The notes under the pieces are model-generated. The model was given only the letters and a program-made list of their open reading frames with translations. It was not told the origin of the DNA and did no database searches. Positions 1 through 13,480 of a stretch of 64,000 bases of DNA are shown piece by piece; the stretch's first letter is position 1; each line of letters begins with the position of its first letter. The position numbers and the translations under genes are program-made. The DNA comes from Camelus ferus (lineage: Eukaryota): positions 96,102,001-96,166,000 of the forward strand of contig NC_045697.1 of assembly GCF_009834535.1 (NCBI RefSeq), given 5' to 3'.

Positions 1-1039
1 AACTTACTCTTCTTATATGAAAATCAGTCAACAATGCTCCCATTTATACTCCTTCATTATGCTTTCCATTTGCAAGCACATTGCATAGTAACATGTTCTA
101 GACTTTTCTGTTATCCTGCAGCAGTAAGACTGTTTTTTTATATATATAAAATCTTTGTATCTCATAATTTTCTTCTGTCACCCATGCTGTGGATGGAGGT
201 TTTGTTTCTAATACTACTAGCCTACAGGCACAGACACTCAATAACTTTCATTTCCTTTTCCTGTCTGACTTTGTCCAAATGTATCTGGATGATCATTTCT
301 TGTGCTATTTTTCCCAAAACAGAAATATAGAAGTAAATAAAGGTACTGCCTTTCAATTTATTTTCCATTTATGTGGAAAACCTAGAAGCTTAACCCCCAA
401 AAGCAAGCATTCTTAAATTTTTGTTCAAATCAATTCTCTTAGCCATCAGGCCCATCACTGTAACTTAGAAACCAGTCTTGTGATGGCAGGACTGTGCTGC
501 TCAATCTTGCCTTCTCTTGGCCAGAGGCCCCAGTGCTAGTCAGATGTAGGAACCATCAGTTTCGGCCACTGTGGGTCAGAGAGCAGCTATCAGCCTGCTC
601 CCCACCACTGCCTCCAGAGGAAGAGTCGGCAGGAAAGGGGCTACGAGTCACTCCTTCCTCAACAAAAAACTGCTCCACAGAAACAGGTCAATCAACAAGT
701 CATGTTATTTATTCCATGGAAATCCAAGTAAGTAGAGGGGCTTCAATAAAGAATGTTATTTTCCTTTGTTTAACCTGGAGTTTCCTACCCCTTAATTTGA
801 GAATATTTTTTTGTGTTGTGCATACATGTGAAAACTATTAGCACTTGGTGAATCAAACTTTAAGAAACAATCCTCTGGAAACCTTTAGATTAAGAACGAA
901 GGCCAATTCTCATGCATCAAGATTAATCTCCTGTTGCTTTTCTCTTCAGACTTCTATATGACGTTCCATTTATTACATAAGTTTATATTTTTCGAGGTGC
1001 TTGCTCCATAAACTGCCTCATCCCTACCCCAAATTTGAG

Positions 1040-1160
1040 ATTCTAAAGTCAGCAGATCAGTGTTTAAATCCCAACGCTGTTATTCACCAGCCATTGAGCA
1101 ATTAATTTAATCCCCTTTAGCCTTAATTTGCTCCTCTGTGGAACTGAGAACAGGTTTCCC
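1040..1160 (+). mobile_element. MIR SINE fragment
   Basis: Decayed MIR core: 'gtcagcagatcagtgtttaaatcccaacgctg...ccttaatttgctcctctgtggaactgag' resembles the consensus 'gtcagacagacctgggttcaaatccc...cctcagtttcctcatctgtaaaatgggg'. Confidence 0.6.
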
Positions 1161-1884
1161 CTAATACTAGCACAGCCCAGGGCAAAAAGGACAAATGAGG
1201 GCCAAGAACCACATGTCTGAACACCTGGAAGTTACCAGATTAACTGTGCCCCCTACCTGGCCTAGTTTCCACTCAGTTTCCCCTCTCCCACCCGCAAGGC
1301 TACTCCTCTGGAATGTGCTCACTACCAAGAGGCCAGAGAGCCACCTTGCTCTCCCAGAGCCTGCCCTTGCCTGCTGCAAGCCTGGGTAGGAGTATAGATC
1401 TGCTGGGGCCAGGCAAGGCAGAGGCTCCCAGGCCTCCTGGATGGTGATCAGAGTGCCAGAGGGCTATCTTTCTGACTCAGGATTTACACACGGCTCTAAG
1501 CATCTATCAAAACTAGACTGGGGAGAGGGGGTGGAGTAGGGAGGAAGAGGATGCAGCTATGGAGGGACCCTGGTCTGCCTGGACACCAGCAGTGGTGATT
1601 CGGGTCAGCCAGATGTAAAACAAGAGCACCAATTCTTCCTCTAGTTTCCCAGGGCAGAAGACATCCATGCACACACACACCACAGGTAGTACCCTCTGGC
1701 CTGGGGCATCCATTTTGGCTAATATATTTATTTCCCATAATTTTGTGTAGTATAATTCTAAACATAAAAAAAGAGAAAATAAGACAAAAATCTTAGCTTG
1801 AAAAGGAAAAACTTTCCTTGGTTTCAGCATCTATGATTTGCAGTGTTCTCTGTGGCTCAGAGCACTGAGTGGGGGCCTCTCATA

Positions 1885-1980
1885 CTCATGTCTAACGGCA
1901 GGAATGATTGTGATAATTGTACTTATTTCCTAGAATTGTGTGGGAGTTAAATATGATAATGCATGTGAACTACTATTATA
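1885..1980 (+). mobile_element. MIR SINE 3' fragment
   Basis: 'gtacttatttcctagaattgtgtgggagttaaatatgataatgcatgtgaa' resembles the MIR 3' core. Confidence 0.5.
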
Positions 1981-4089
1981 CCATTATCAAAATCAGGAGT
2001 AACTCTTCTCTAAGTTTGGCCTCTAATTCTTGTTGGGAAAAAAAGGCAATGAAGCTGTGTCTTTAGAAAATGAAAAAACCTGCAGACCAGTCAGTGCTAT
2101 TCCACTGCTCAATCATCTCAGGACACTGAGACATTATAGCACTTTATTGGACACTGTGCTTTAAAGATGATCAGTTTTCTCCTTTATTCAAGAATAACAA
2201 AATACTCCAACTCTTTGAGAATAAGCACTATGGCTTACCTTCAATTGACTGCCTGCTTTAGGTAGTAGAAACAGACTTCTTATCATCTCTCTTAGAAGTG
2301 ATAAGCAGAGATGACATTCAAGCAAACGTGATGGTCTCACATGGAATATTTTTGAGCAATAGTTCCCTCCCTGAACTTTCATACTAATTAAACAAGGAGG
2401 TTGGACTAATTTTTGGACAAAGAGTTTGCAAGAAACTTTATAAATATTACATGTTCCAATTGTAACAATGATATAAAATATATCTTTCTGAAACACAAGC
2501 ACACAGATTTTGATGGGACTGACTTCAGGTACAATTTACTAATCTCACATAAGAGAAGAAAAAACTCACTAGCTGTATTATGAGTATTGCAGGGCTTCAG
2601 GCCTCTGAAACAGATTTTGACCAAGGATATTCTGAGCAAATGGATAACATCTTATATAATATATAGGCTGTATTTACCTTACCTATTTGGTTCTTACACA
2701 CAGTCTTCAATTCAGTCAGGCCATCTGCCCACTGAAGAGCCCATGTTTACTGCTGCCACTAAGCCCTCTAAACTTGTATCTGAACTTTGCCCTGAGAGTC
2801 TCCTCTGGACTCCTATTCTTACCACTCCTTTGGTTTCTAATTTTTTTTTTAACCTCACATGAGCATATTTTGCCTTGCTATTGAGATTATAACTTACCTG
2901 AGAGTGGAGAACACAAATCAATGGCTTTGTGTCCTACCCACCCACAACACAGACTGCCAGCACAGTGCTAATGGCTTCACCCCAACACAGAAGAGCTAGT
3001 TATTACATGGCGAACCTCAAAGGTCCACATAATTAGTTGGCATCCAGTCTTTTTTTTTTTTTTTTAATTCTGGAAGTAAGATTAAACAATGCAGCAGGCT
3101 ATTTGAGCTCTGCTTCATCCAACATGCTGTCAGACACCTGACAAATGCAGAGATATGAACTAGGTAACATGAACCCTTAACTAATTAAGGGATATAGTGT
3201 TTATGTGTTTCTATAATGAATAATTAACAGGAAAAATTTGAGAGACTCAGCCGCACTAATGTGGCAGGAGCTGCGGTTGGATTTGATTCCCCTTCTGTGT
3301 CTCCTTTGAAAGCATTCACACACCAGCCAGCATCCTTTACACTACATTTATAGGTATGTCATGTCTGGAGCCTCTCAGGTGGAAATTATGACAGTTGTTC
3401 TAGAAGCAGTGATAGAAGGGTAATTAAAAAATAATTAACAAGAATAATTAGCATGGGGCCAAGGGAGGAGAGCTTTTATTTTATCAGCTAGATTGATGTG
3501 ATTAAATGTGTGCTGAACACAGCTAGAAAAGTACCACCACACGGCAATATGGAAGAAACTACGATTTTTCATTTTTATTTTATTTTCCTGCTATTCCTTC
3601 CCCAACAAATGTCAGGAAGAAACAGTCACTGGGATCCTCACTGCTTTTTGAAAAATTCCACTCAGCGTCTCTCACAGCATATCTCCATTTGAGCGAAGAT
3701 CTAACTGCACAGCCCGGATGAACACAGTGGTGGAACTCCAGGACCTGTCGGCATGCTTCTGCTCGGGGCTGGGTAGTACGTGGTTACTTTGGCACTAGCC
3801 ACGGAGGAAACAAAATGGCAAAGGCAGGAAGCAGTCATAGAATTTTTACTTGTTTTTGCTTATCATGTTTTACTTTCCTGAGAGCAAGACTAAACTCTGC
3901 TGGTAAAAGAACAGAGGCATGAAGACTCACGTTTAGCCAGTAAGGTGTCCTCGGCACTGATTGTCTTATAATTGAACAAGACAGCATGCAATTTTATGCA
4001 GTACTTTCCCTGTTACAGGGAGGCTGTACACGCTCAGGAATGGTGCCCTGCTGAGAGAAAAGCCCTTCGTTAAACAAGTCAGGCAGGCA

Positions 4090-4390
4090 GGAAGAGCGCG
4101 CTGCGCAGACAGCCCCGGCTGAGATGCCGGCCCACGTCACACACTAGTACTAGTGGAGTGGCCTTCGGCAGAACACCTTCTCTCCCTGAACCAAAACTGT
4201 CTTTAAAATGGTGATCATCATGCCTACCTGGCCTTGCATTTGAATTATCATTTATTTGAATGCCCTTCTTTTGTCACAATATCTGTTTTTATTATCAGGT
4301 TGCTTAATTTCCTGGAACCTGAGGTCTACCCCTCTGCAAAATGTAGGTAATGTTTATCTTATAGGTTTAGGATGAGAATTAAATAAGGTC
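4090..4390 (+). mobile_element. Two decayed MIR fragments (~4090-4235 and ~4300-4390)
   Basis: 'cagacagccccggctgagatgccggcc...gtggccttcggcag...tttaaaatggtgatcatcatgcctacct' and 'ctctgcaaaatgtaggtaatg...ggatgagaattaaataag' follow the MIR core order. Confidence 0.5.
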
Positions 4391-6751
4391 CCTAAGAAAA
4401 TTATCTCCCCAAGCTATATCATTTATCAAAAGTCATTGAGTGAAAAACTATGAAATATTAGAAGATAACAAATTTCTTGACTTACATTTACTGCTGGAAA
4501 AAATAATGAAAGGTATAATACGTGGACATCAGAACAATGGCTTTTGTGTTATTCCAAGGATCTGAATATAGTAGCACTCAGTAGGTTTTATTTGTTTACT
4601 TGCTTTATGTTTTTTCATTTGCTTATTTTTAACATTTGCAGGAAACCACGCTGTCTCCTAAGCACTAGATATATTTGTTAAGGAATAAAAATATAATTAA
4701 CACATCATCACACAATTCTGTTTCTTCCAGAACTTGATAGCACTGGGGAATGAGGAAGCAGAGTAAATGAAGTGGGTGAAGCCTTTAACAGTGATTGTGA
4801 TGGTAGGCAGGAAGTCATTTACAATGATTTGGATTCTTCCAATGAGTTTCACTGATGCAGTTTGCCTAGAGGACATTTGAGATGGAAACTGGAGAACGGG
4901 GTGGGGGCCAATCACATTAGAGGGTGTGAGAATGGCCGACCTGTCTGAAGCTCCCATCACAGACAGTTTCTAGTAATTTCTGTTCATCATTTCAGGAACC
5001 TCACTCACCAGGAGCCATGGTTCCCCTGGGGTCACTGGATTTTAACAGAACCCATTCTTGGCTTGTAGAGCCTAGAAAGTTTTACTAGGCATATGTTATC
5101 TGCTAGCATGATTCATCCATTCCTGTAACAAATATTTTTTAGCTGATCCCTAAGCCAGTCATTGTCCTCTTGGACTTGATGCTGGTGGGAGAAGAGGCAG
5201 GAAGAGGCTCAAGTCTAGCTCAGATAAATAAATGTTAAGAGTTTCATATAGATTAAAACCCCTAATACTACACCCACCAAATCTCATAATTCACAGTAAA
5301 GGGATTTATGAGAGAAGGAGAGATTGAAAGTGCAAATGAGTCTTTTCCCTCCAAGCAGGAGATGTTTGCCCTTGTTGGTGTCATAGTTATCTTACTTTTC
5401 CTCGTGAGTTTTTGGCGCCTTGTTATACAGCAGGACCCATTGGCTTTGAAAAGCCCCAGGTACACCTGATTGCTACCAACATGTTAAAACCAAGAATGAT
5501 TCTCAAATTCTTCCATGTTCAGAAATGCTAAGACTAAACATTGCAGCTCAGGTGACTGAATTTTAATTACAGTATCTGTATCATATTCCAATATTTATTG
5601 ACTGACTAAATGAACAACAGAAGGTTCTGAGATAGAAGAGAGTGGAGGAAGTTTGTGGATGATAAGGAAACATTTTCAGAAGAACAAAAGAAGGAATACA
5701 GAGTCTGGCAGTTTGGCTGCCTCCATAAACTGGGTGTTCCATATAGTTCATTCCAATTCTGCCTGAGACTCTCCCTTTCAAAACATCCGCAACTGTTCTG
5801 ATAAAAGAGCTAACAGTTGGAGGACATTAAAGCTGATTACCAATAGATTGCATTAACATGCAAAGCAATTAGGAACCACTGAAGAGTATTAACATGATGG
5901 GCTGATGCTTTGTGTACCAATCATAATTCTGAAACTGTGAAAGTTAACTCCATCTGCAGCCAGCCTTAGGCACTGTGATTCAAGGCTTCAAAAGCTGTTA
6001 TTTGTCAAGACCCTTTACCTGTGCCCTTTTCATATGACATAACTCCAGGCCTGTACCTGTCCAACCAAATGGCTGCCTCCTGCTTTCCTATGATTGCAAA
6101 GTGCTATCAGCAGAACAGTTTTCTATTGAAGTCCCTATAAATTGATGACATTAGGTGATCTTTAACACCGCCAAATAATCCTGTTTCTGTCTGTCCACAT
6201 TTATCTCTAGCTCCCATTTTCCTCAACCATTAGTCCAAAATCTCATTTAAGCATGGTCAGCTGTTACCTCCTTTATCATTCCCAGATGACTATATGGCTA
6301 CCTCGTTCACAAATTAAGTAAAGCCCATGAGAATTGTCTCAGTTTCATTTGCTCATTTCGATATCATAGATACCTCCTCACTTCTCCCCTCCTTTGTTCC
6401 CACCTAGCACTGAAGTACTCCTGGTTCTGTCCCTGCTAATCCTTCAGCTGGCATCCTATCCCCCGGTAAACCATTCCATCAATTATTCCGTCTCTCTCCT
6501 ATAGTTCAGCCTTTTCATGTTTGGTAGTTTACATAAGTATGTTCAAATCTCTCCTACTTAAAGAAACAAAGGCTCAGTCCTGTAATCCTTTAATTATCTT
6601 ATTACATAGTATAAAAATTGCTTTCTAGATATACTATGGCATTTTAAGAATGAGTTTTCTTTACTATAAAACTGACAATACTAATTGGCTTAAAATTAGT
6701 CAATTGATCTTACTGAATAAAACATAACTTCTCTAATATAGTACACCAGGT

Positions 6752-6851
6752 NNNNNNNNNNNNNNNNNNNNNNNNNNNNNNNNNNNNNNNNNNNNNNNNN
6801 NNNNNNNNNNNNNNNNNNNNNNNNNNNNNNNNNNNNNNNNNNNNNNNNNNN
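6752..6851. other. Assembly gap (100 N, placeholder of unknown true size)
   Basis: Run of exactly 100 N. Confidence 0.99.
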
Positions 6852-8024
6852 CTTAAAGTGAGAAAAGGTAACTTGAGGATAAAAGTAAAGATATGTTTAA
6901 AACAATAAAAATTTAATGGAATACTATACAGGCAAAGGGATGAGATCATGTAACTGCTCTGGTTCTTGCCACTCTGTTATATATCTGAATTAAACAATAG
7001 GATTTTCTCTGTACCACACTAAATGCAATCTTGGGTTAAAAACAAATTTGGCCATATCTCTTTACATATTTTAATTAACAGTATCCAGTTTTAGAAAGGA
7101 GAAATAACATATTTAGTACATTCATAGAACTATTTCATATACCTATTGCACACAGGTAGGTAGACATATATGTTATCTCTTCAAAATATTTTACCTCCCA
7201 TCTTACATTAAGGATTGCATCTAAAGAATCAGATATTAAATTCAGGAGAATTAGTTCAATGAGCAATAATGTAATACATGTGTGGTGAAATATTAGTGAA
7301 GGGGACATCATAGACTAACTTCAGCTTTACAACATACTGAAACACACACACACACACGTTTTCAGCAAGATGTTTATGTTAAGATAGACAGGAGTACATT
7401 TGACAGTAATTCATTCTAATAAAAAATTAGAAAATACAAGGTGACTAATGAGATTGATCTGTTTTTCAGTCTGTTATAATGCTGAGTATTAAATAGTTAA
7501 TTTCTGTAGACTGTATAATAAAGAATAAAGAGTAAATGATATTACTGGTTAAATAGTGCTGCACTGCTGCATACAAAAACCCCTCATGTTAAAGTGAGTA
7601 TAAATTGTGGCATAAATAATATTACATTATGAATAGTAAGAAGATAGCCACAATAAAATAAAATTAAAATGTAACAAGGAAATTGCAAGTATACAGGTGT
7701 GCACAAAAAGCCACTGTCTAATAATATAAAATTTAAAAAATTCTTGTCGAAACAATTATATAGACTTTAATTATATTTAATTCTTTGGAATACTGAATTT
7801 CACTACACCCTCACACACATACATGCTTAAATTTATGACTTCAAATATATAAGCAAATCTGGTTTAATTTATTTAGCTACTTTATTCATACAAATAACAC
7901 ACAGTGACTGAAGCAATGTGCTCATAATTTCTGTCTTCATAGAAAATAATTATTTACTAAAGTAAAATTCATGAGATATTACTGACTTTAGAAATTATAG
8001 CTTGTATACAGTCAGACCACATAT

Positions 8025-8505
8025 TCATTCAGTAAAAAAATAGTATTCAAATACTAAGTGTCTGGCTCTCATAGAAATTGGGGTAGAGAAGTGAATTAAA
8101 AACAGGCTAAAACATTATTCTTTTACAGCTTAGGTGGAGAATGAATCTAGACAGACTAAATAAGTAAAATATGTAGTATGTTAAATGGTGATCAGTGTTA
8201 CCAAAAAAAAGTATATTACTAATGAAGGTTAGGAAATGTGGATGTTTCCACTTTCAGCCAAGGTTATCAGTCAGGACCTCACTGAAAAGTTCTGAGGAAA
8301 ATGAGGAAGAAACTTCACAATATCTGGGGTAAGAATGTGCCCAGAAGTAGGACAACAATACAAACTGCCCAGTAAAAGAATATAGCTCCAGGAACAGTAA
8401 AGAGGCCAATGTGGCTCCTGTGGGGTGGAATGAGAGAAGAGAAAGTAAAAGAGGTGGTCGGGCATGGGGAAAGAGCAGGAACACAATTCTAGGACAGCGT
8501 GTTCT
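8025..8505 (-). mobile_element. LINE-2 3' region fragment
   Basis: 'cattcattcagtaaa...' tail, then purine-rich antisense-L2 signatures ('atctggggtaagaatgtgcccagaagtagg', 'gaacagtaaagaggccaatgtggct'). Confidence 0.65.
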
Positions 8506-8524
8506 TTTGTAGACACTCTCTCTC

Positions 8525-9110
8525 TGTTGTAGGTCTGCATCACTAACTTGTCTTATCCTGTCTGCCATTTACACTAGTGCAGGTGTGTGTGATCCCTTGG
8601 TTTCCTTCCTACTAATGGGGGAACTGATCTGTCTGTTTTCAGCCACTGTGGGCCATAAGAAATATTCTTTCAGGAGATTTGTAGTCTGGAAGCCAAGTCA
8701 CAGCTTTTTCATGGTTCACATACATTATTGTAACACCTTGTTGGTATGAAGCAGTGGTCAGCCCCGCAAGTGCTCTACCTTCCCTAGGATCCTTTTTCAA
8801 CTTTTCTGACTCCCAAGTCAGGTGAGTGTGTCAGTGTCTGTGTGTAAGCACGTGCATGTGGTTGTGTGTGTGTGTATGTGTATGTGTATATATAGCTCTA
8901 TGATGAGCAAATTGTTTCTGCAGGACACTCATACAAAAACGTAAGAGGGGACAAGAACTTCCACAGGTTTCAGTCCAACTTCTGGGCACAAGCTTGTGTT
9001 TGCGGGTTCCAGGCTGTTCTGGCCCTATCCACTTTACATGTATCTTCTCCTCTTGACTGTCAGCCCTGGGCACTTCTAGCTCCAGCCTCAGAAACATTTA
9101 TGACAGCGCT
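8525..9110. mobile_element. Probable old ERVL-class LTR with internal (TG)n tract; subfamily not determined
   Basis: GC-richer ~580-bp block that interrupts L2/L1 debris. It has an internal TG microsatellite (8824-8892) and 'gggttccaggctgttct' motifs reminiscent of ERVL LTRs. Confidence 0.3.
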
Positions 9111-9179
9111 ATCATCTCCTACAATTGCTTATGATCTAAACCTTAAATTGTACACTAAGCAAGCATAATGCATTCGTAA

Positions 9180-9730
9180 AATATGATAAACATATAAATA
9201 AAAATATAACCATGTACTTTGAAAAGTAGATGGGCAAATGATTAATATATTTTCCCAATACTTAACTGGTCAAACTTTCAAAGAACAGAAGCATTCTATG
9301 TACAAACTATCTCAGAGCAGAGGGAAAAAAATATAAATATCCTCAATTCATTAATATAAGCTTAATTTATTCCTAATTTTGATCCCAAATTCTTACAGGT
9401 TGAGAAGGAAGACAGGAAAGCAGGAAAAAAGAGAGACAGGAAAAAAGAAAGGAAGGACATCCAATTATACCTTTAAATCTATGTACAAAAATTTCAAACT
9501 AAGTATTTTGAAAAGCAAATGAATACTATACCATGATTATATGTTTTATTTCGTGAATACAAGCATTATGACATCTATTAGTGTAATATCTACATGTGTT
9601 AGTATAAAACTTGTACATTAAAGTTTAATCAAAATTAAATACTTGCATATTAACATATATGTTAACCAATATACTTCCAAAAGTATTTGTTAAATTACAT
9701 GAAATATCCAATTAAAAAGTTTTAAGAAAT
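9180..9730 (+). mobile_element. Ancient L1 (L1ME-like) ORF2 fragment
   Basis: 'aaactttcaaagaacagaagcattctatgtacaaactatctcagagcagaggg...cctcaattcatt' is a degenerate match to the ORF2 segment seen intact at ~33780-33870. Strong A-rich strand bias. Confidence 0.5.
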
Positions 9731-12700
9731 TGGAATATTTTATAAGTCAGGGCTGATATTCTGCTGGTACAGGCAGGAATGTTCAGATACATTACCTAAT
9801 AAAAATACTGAAATAGTTCCATTTCCATTATTAGAGTAGTGTCTATAGTGATATAAATTTCTTCTACATGATTTCCAAATCAAACACTGCAATTCCAAGG
9901 AATTTTTTTTCTGAATTTGATACTAAAGGCAGTGATTCTGCTGTAGCTATCTTGTTTATTTCAATTTCCTAGAACTGCCTTCAGGTTCAAAGCCTTTGGG
10001 AGGAAAGGAGCCTGCCATGCCAAGTTGAAAAAAAAAATATTCTGTAAATCCTTGAAAAACAATGCCTAAGGGGAAAGCTTAATTTGGTGCAGATTGCCTC
10101 TGGAGAATTTATTGCGGTTCATGGTGGCAGATAAATGATCATGTGATGGCCTACCTCTAATGATTTATAATATTTCAGAAAATGTCCCCAAAGTATGAGA
10201 CTGTACTCCCTCTGCAGTATCAAGCTATCTCAGGGAAAATAATAAACTTGAGACCTTGTTCTGTCTTTTGTTTTTATAATGTGGACCTTAGCAAGTAACA
10301 ATATACCTTCTGCCCCAGCCACCTCCCTTTATCCCATGACATTTGATTGGTCTGTGAGGAGATGACCTATTTGGACCAGTCAACTTTTGTCAGCCAAAAC
10401 CATTTTTTCTTTCCCGTGGAAATAGAGTTTCACTGGAAAAGACTACCTATTACAAATCAATGGCACCTCCTTTCAGTGACATAAACCCCCTCTTAGGCAC
10501 CTGAAGAATCTTCAATGTGAACTTAATAAGGAAGACCTTGGAAAAGTTTGGTGCTCATTTATCCAGTGATACATTGCATCAAACAAAAGATCAAGTCAAC
10601 AATTACTAGTGATCAATGAAAGTTTAAAATTATTAGAATATTTTGATGAATGTTTCATGCCACAACTTCTATCATTTATGTGGTAGGAAGCTTTAAAATA
10701 TATCTGATTTGTTGTATTTACAGACAAAATTATTCTAAAAATATTTTTAAAATTACATACATAGATTTATATATTGAATGAAATTACTGTCAAATATTTA
10801 ATATAATATATATCTTACTTGGGAGGTACAGTCATCTAAAAATCTGCTTATCTGTTTATTTGTTTATATCCATCTGTCTGTCCATCCATCTATCCATTCA
10901 TCTAAGATCTTTATATCCATGTTTCCATCTCTATTTATCTATGCTTCTATATATTCATCTATCAATTTAAATGTTTTTCTGCATTATAACTACTTAAACA
11001 AAAAGTCGCATAGGACAAGAAATTTTTGTTCGTTGCCTTTTCTTCTCATTATGTACTATTTATATAATACTTGTTCTTTCACTAACCAGGTATGTTAGAG
11101 AATTTTTTAATGGGGCTAGGAATAGGAAGTAAACATTTAGCTGTGTTTAATCAACTTTTGTGACAAATAATATATTCATGATAATCATTCAATATCTAGA
11201 AAGTTTATCTAAAATATGCACTTATTTCTCATATATATGGCTACTATTTAGTAAAATATTTTAAATCTGAATCATTTAAGTAATTTTCTAAAAGTGTTCT
11301 AATTTATGTCATACCTGTCCCAAGCCTTAAGGAGAAATATCATCTTTCAGTTGAATAAGACCACAAAAATTCTTATAGGAAATATACAATGCTTCTCTTG
11401 AACCAGATACAGTAAAAGTAAAATTCTATATTGGCATTTGTCGTACTTTGTCATTGATATAAATTAAATTTTAGTTTTTTGATTAATACTATAGATTTGT
11501 CTACAATGAAGCACATCTTATAGGGTCATAGAAGTCATTGAAATAATAGGCATTAAATGCATGCTTCATATTTCATGGATGTGGTAATATTATGGACAAG
11601 TACATGTCTAGAATAATGTTTCGTGAAGACATCATGCCCACTTAGCCAATAACACGTGCAGTCATATATACCAACTATTTGGTAGTTATGAATCTAGCTT
11701 AGAATCCAAATAAAGGACAAATAAATTTACCAAATAAAGAAAATATACCTGTTTTGGATCAGGTAATATTCTAATTTAATGCAATGGTTAATACACATCA
11801 AAAATTTATCTCTTCTCTCTCAGGATATACTAAATTTTCTATGTAATTTTTAAACAAAATTCCACATTCTTAAGTAAAGAATGAGAAAATGCTTCTTCTT
11901 TAAATGCACTGTAAAATAAAATTATGTATAATTTTTATGTGTATAAAAACATCTTTGTCTTTTATTATAAAATAACTCTGAGAAATTAATCAAAACAGTA
12001 CAACAATTTATTAGACCATAAACAAAAAGTAGTATAAATGTTTTTCTATGAATTATGTAAGGCAAATAATAACACCCCTCCAGTAGAAAAAGAATAGTTA
12101 AGAGAATGTGAAAATTACTGTTTAAATTTAGGACCAATTGTATACAAGAGTAGTGTGAAAGTTCATAATTCATTAATAGACATCATGGCATATGCTAAAT
12201 CCATTAAATTCTTATTTCTTGTCTTACTGTATTCTGGTTTATATGTTGGAATATTTTATTTTCAAAGAGAACAGTACCTGACTGACAATCAATTATACAT
12301 TTTATACTATGCATTACATTTTTAACTAGGGATGTGGTCTTGATGATATGTATTTGAGGTCCCCATAGCAGGGTTCTTGTGGCATTTCCCTGAATGCTTT
12401 TGTCAGTCCAGCTAATCCATTAAAACAGTTTATTCCTCTTTGCTTAACAACAACAAAAAAGACTTTAAAAAAAAAAAGATAAATTGTATAATGTCATGGA
12501 AAGATACTTAGAAAATATATTTTTTGAAATATCAATGTAGCTGCTTTGAGATTAATGTACTTGTCATTGCAACAGCCTACAATTTTTTGATTAATTTTTC
12601 AGTGCTGTAAAAAGATATTATAGAGATATTTTCTCTGTAGCATGTCTGCTGTTTAGAACCGTTATTGGATTCCTTTAGAACAGTTATTTGTTAATGCTAT

Positions 12701-12971
12701 GAGAAGAGATGCATTTTGATCAGCTATGTAGAAGCTTGTTTTGAGAGACAAGTGATAAGGCAATACTTTCATTTTGTTTTTACTTTTATTCCTTTGAAAT
12801 ATTGTAAATTTCTTAAAGTATAACAAAATAACAGACTTTTTTTTTTCATGAAATTAAGTGTCTTTACTCCAGTCCTAGTGAGGTCCAGGAATAACAAATT
12901 TATTCCCTTCTTTCCATGAAAAATATTAGGTACATATCATATGCCAGAAGGTTAGATTGATAGAGATTTTC

Positions 12972-13017
<46 letters not shown>
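12972..13017 (+). repeat. (ATAG)11 tetranucleotide microsatellite
   Basis: Perfect tandem ATAG/GATA units. Confidence 0.97.
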
Positions 13018-13480
13018 CAGGCTAGTCTCTCTATATAGTACCATAATGCCCACTAAATAAGAATTTGTGAACCACATCACACAGTCAACCACCAAACAAA
13101 TTATTTTTAGCACATGTTTACATTTTTTACCTACTTGTAATAACTATGATGAACAATTGTTATAGATTTTCCTTGCTGTGTGCCTATGAATATGTGTGTA
13201 CACATTACCTGTTTTGGTTTTTATAAATTTCATAATTAAATAAATTATGAAATAAAATAATGGTAGATGTATTCTGTGTCAAGGAGCTTATAGTTTATTC
13301 ATCAAGAAGCTTAAATTCGATCCAGTAAAATGCAAATACAAAAAAATTTTCACTATTCAAGGTATGTTCTTTAAAGTCAGTGGGAAAAACTGAATTAGTG
13401 AATATTTAACCATTGCTTCTAGAGGAAATACAAAGTGAGGTTCCTGTGAATCTCTGGTCACATTTCTGTCAATTGATCAA

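Noticed and set aside
4721..4770. Acceptor-like 'tttcttccag' followed by a purine-rich, exon-like stretch
   Set aside because: All three + frames hit stop codons within ~40 nt, so it is not an internal coding exon. A non-coding exon cannot be excluded.
34..5781. Short ORFs in the left segment (e.g. 494-841, 2188-2502, 4697-4960)
   Set aside because: No recognisable domains, many start at non-ATG codons, and there is no consistent splice-bounded exon chain. Lengths are as expected by chance.
6710..6949. ORF spanning the N run
   Set aside because: Artefact of translating through the gap.
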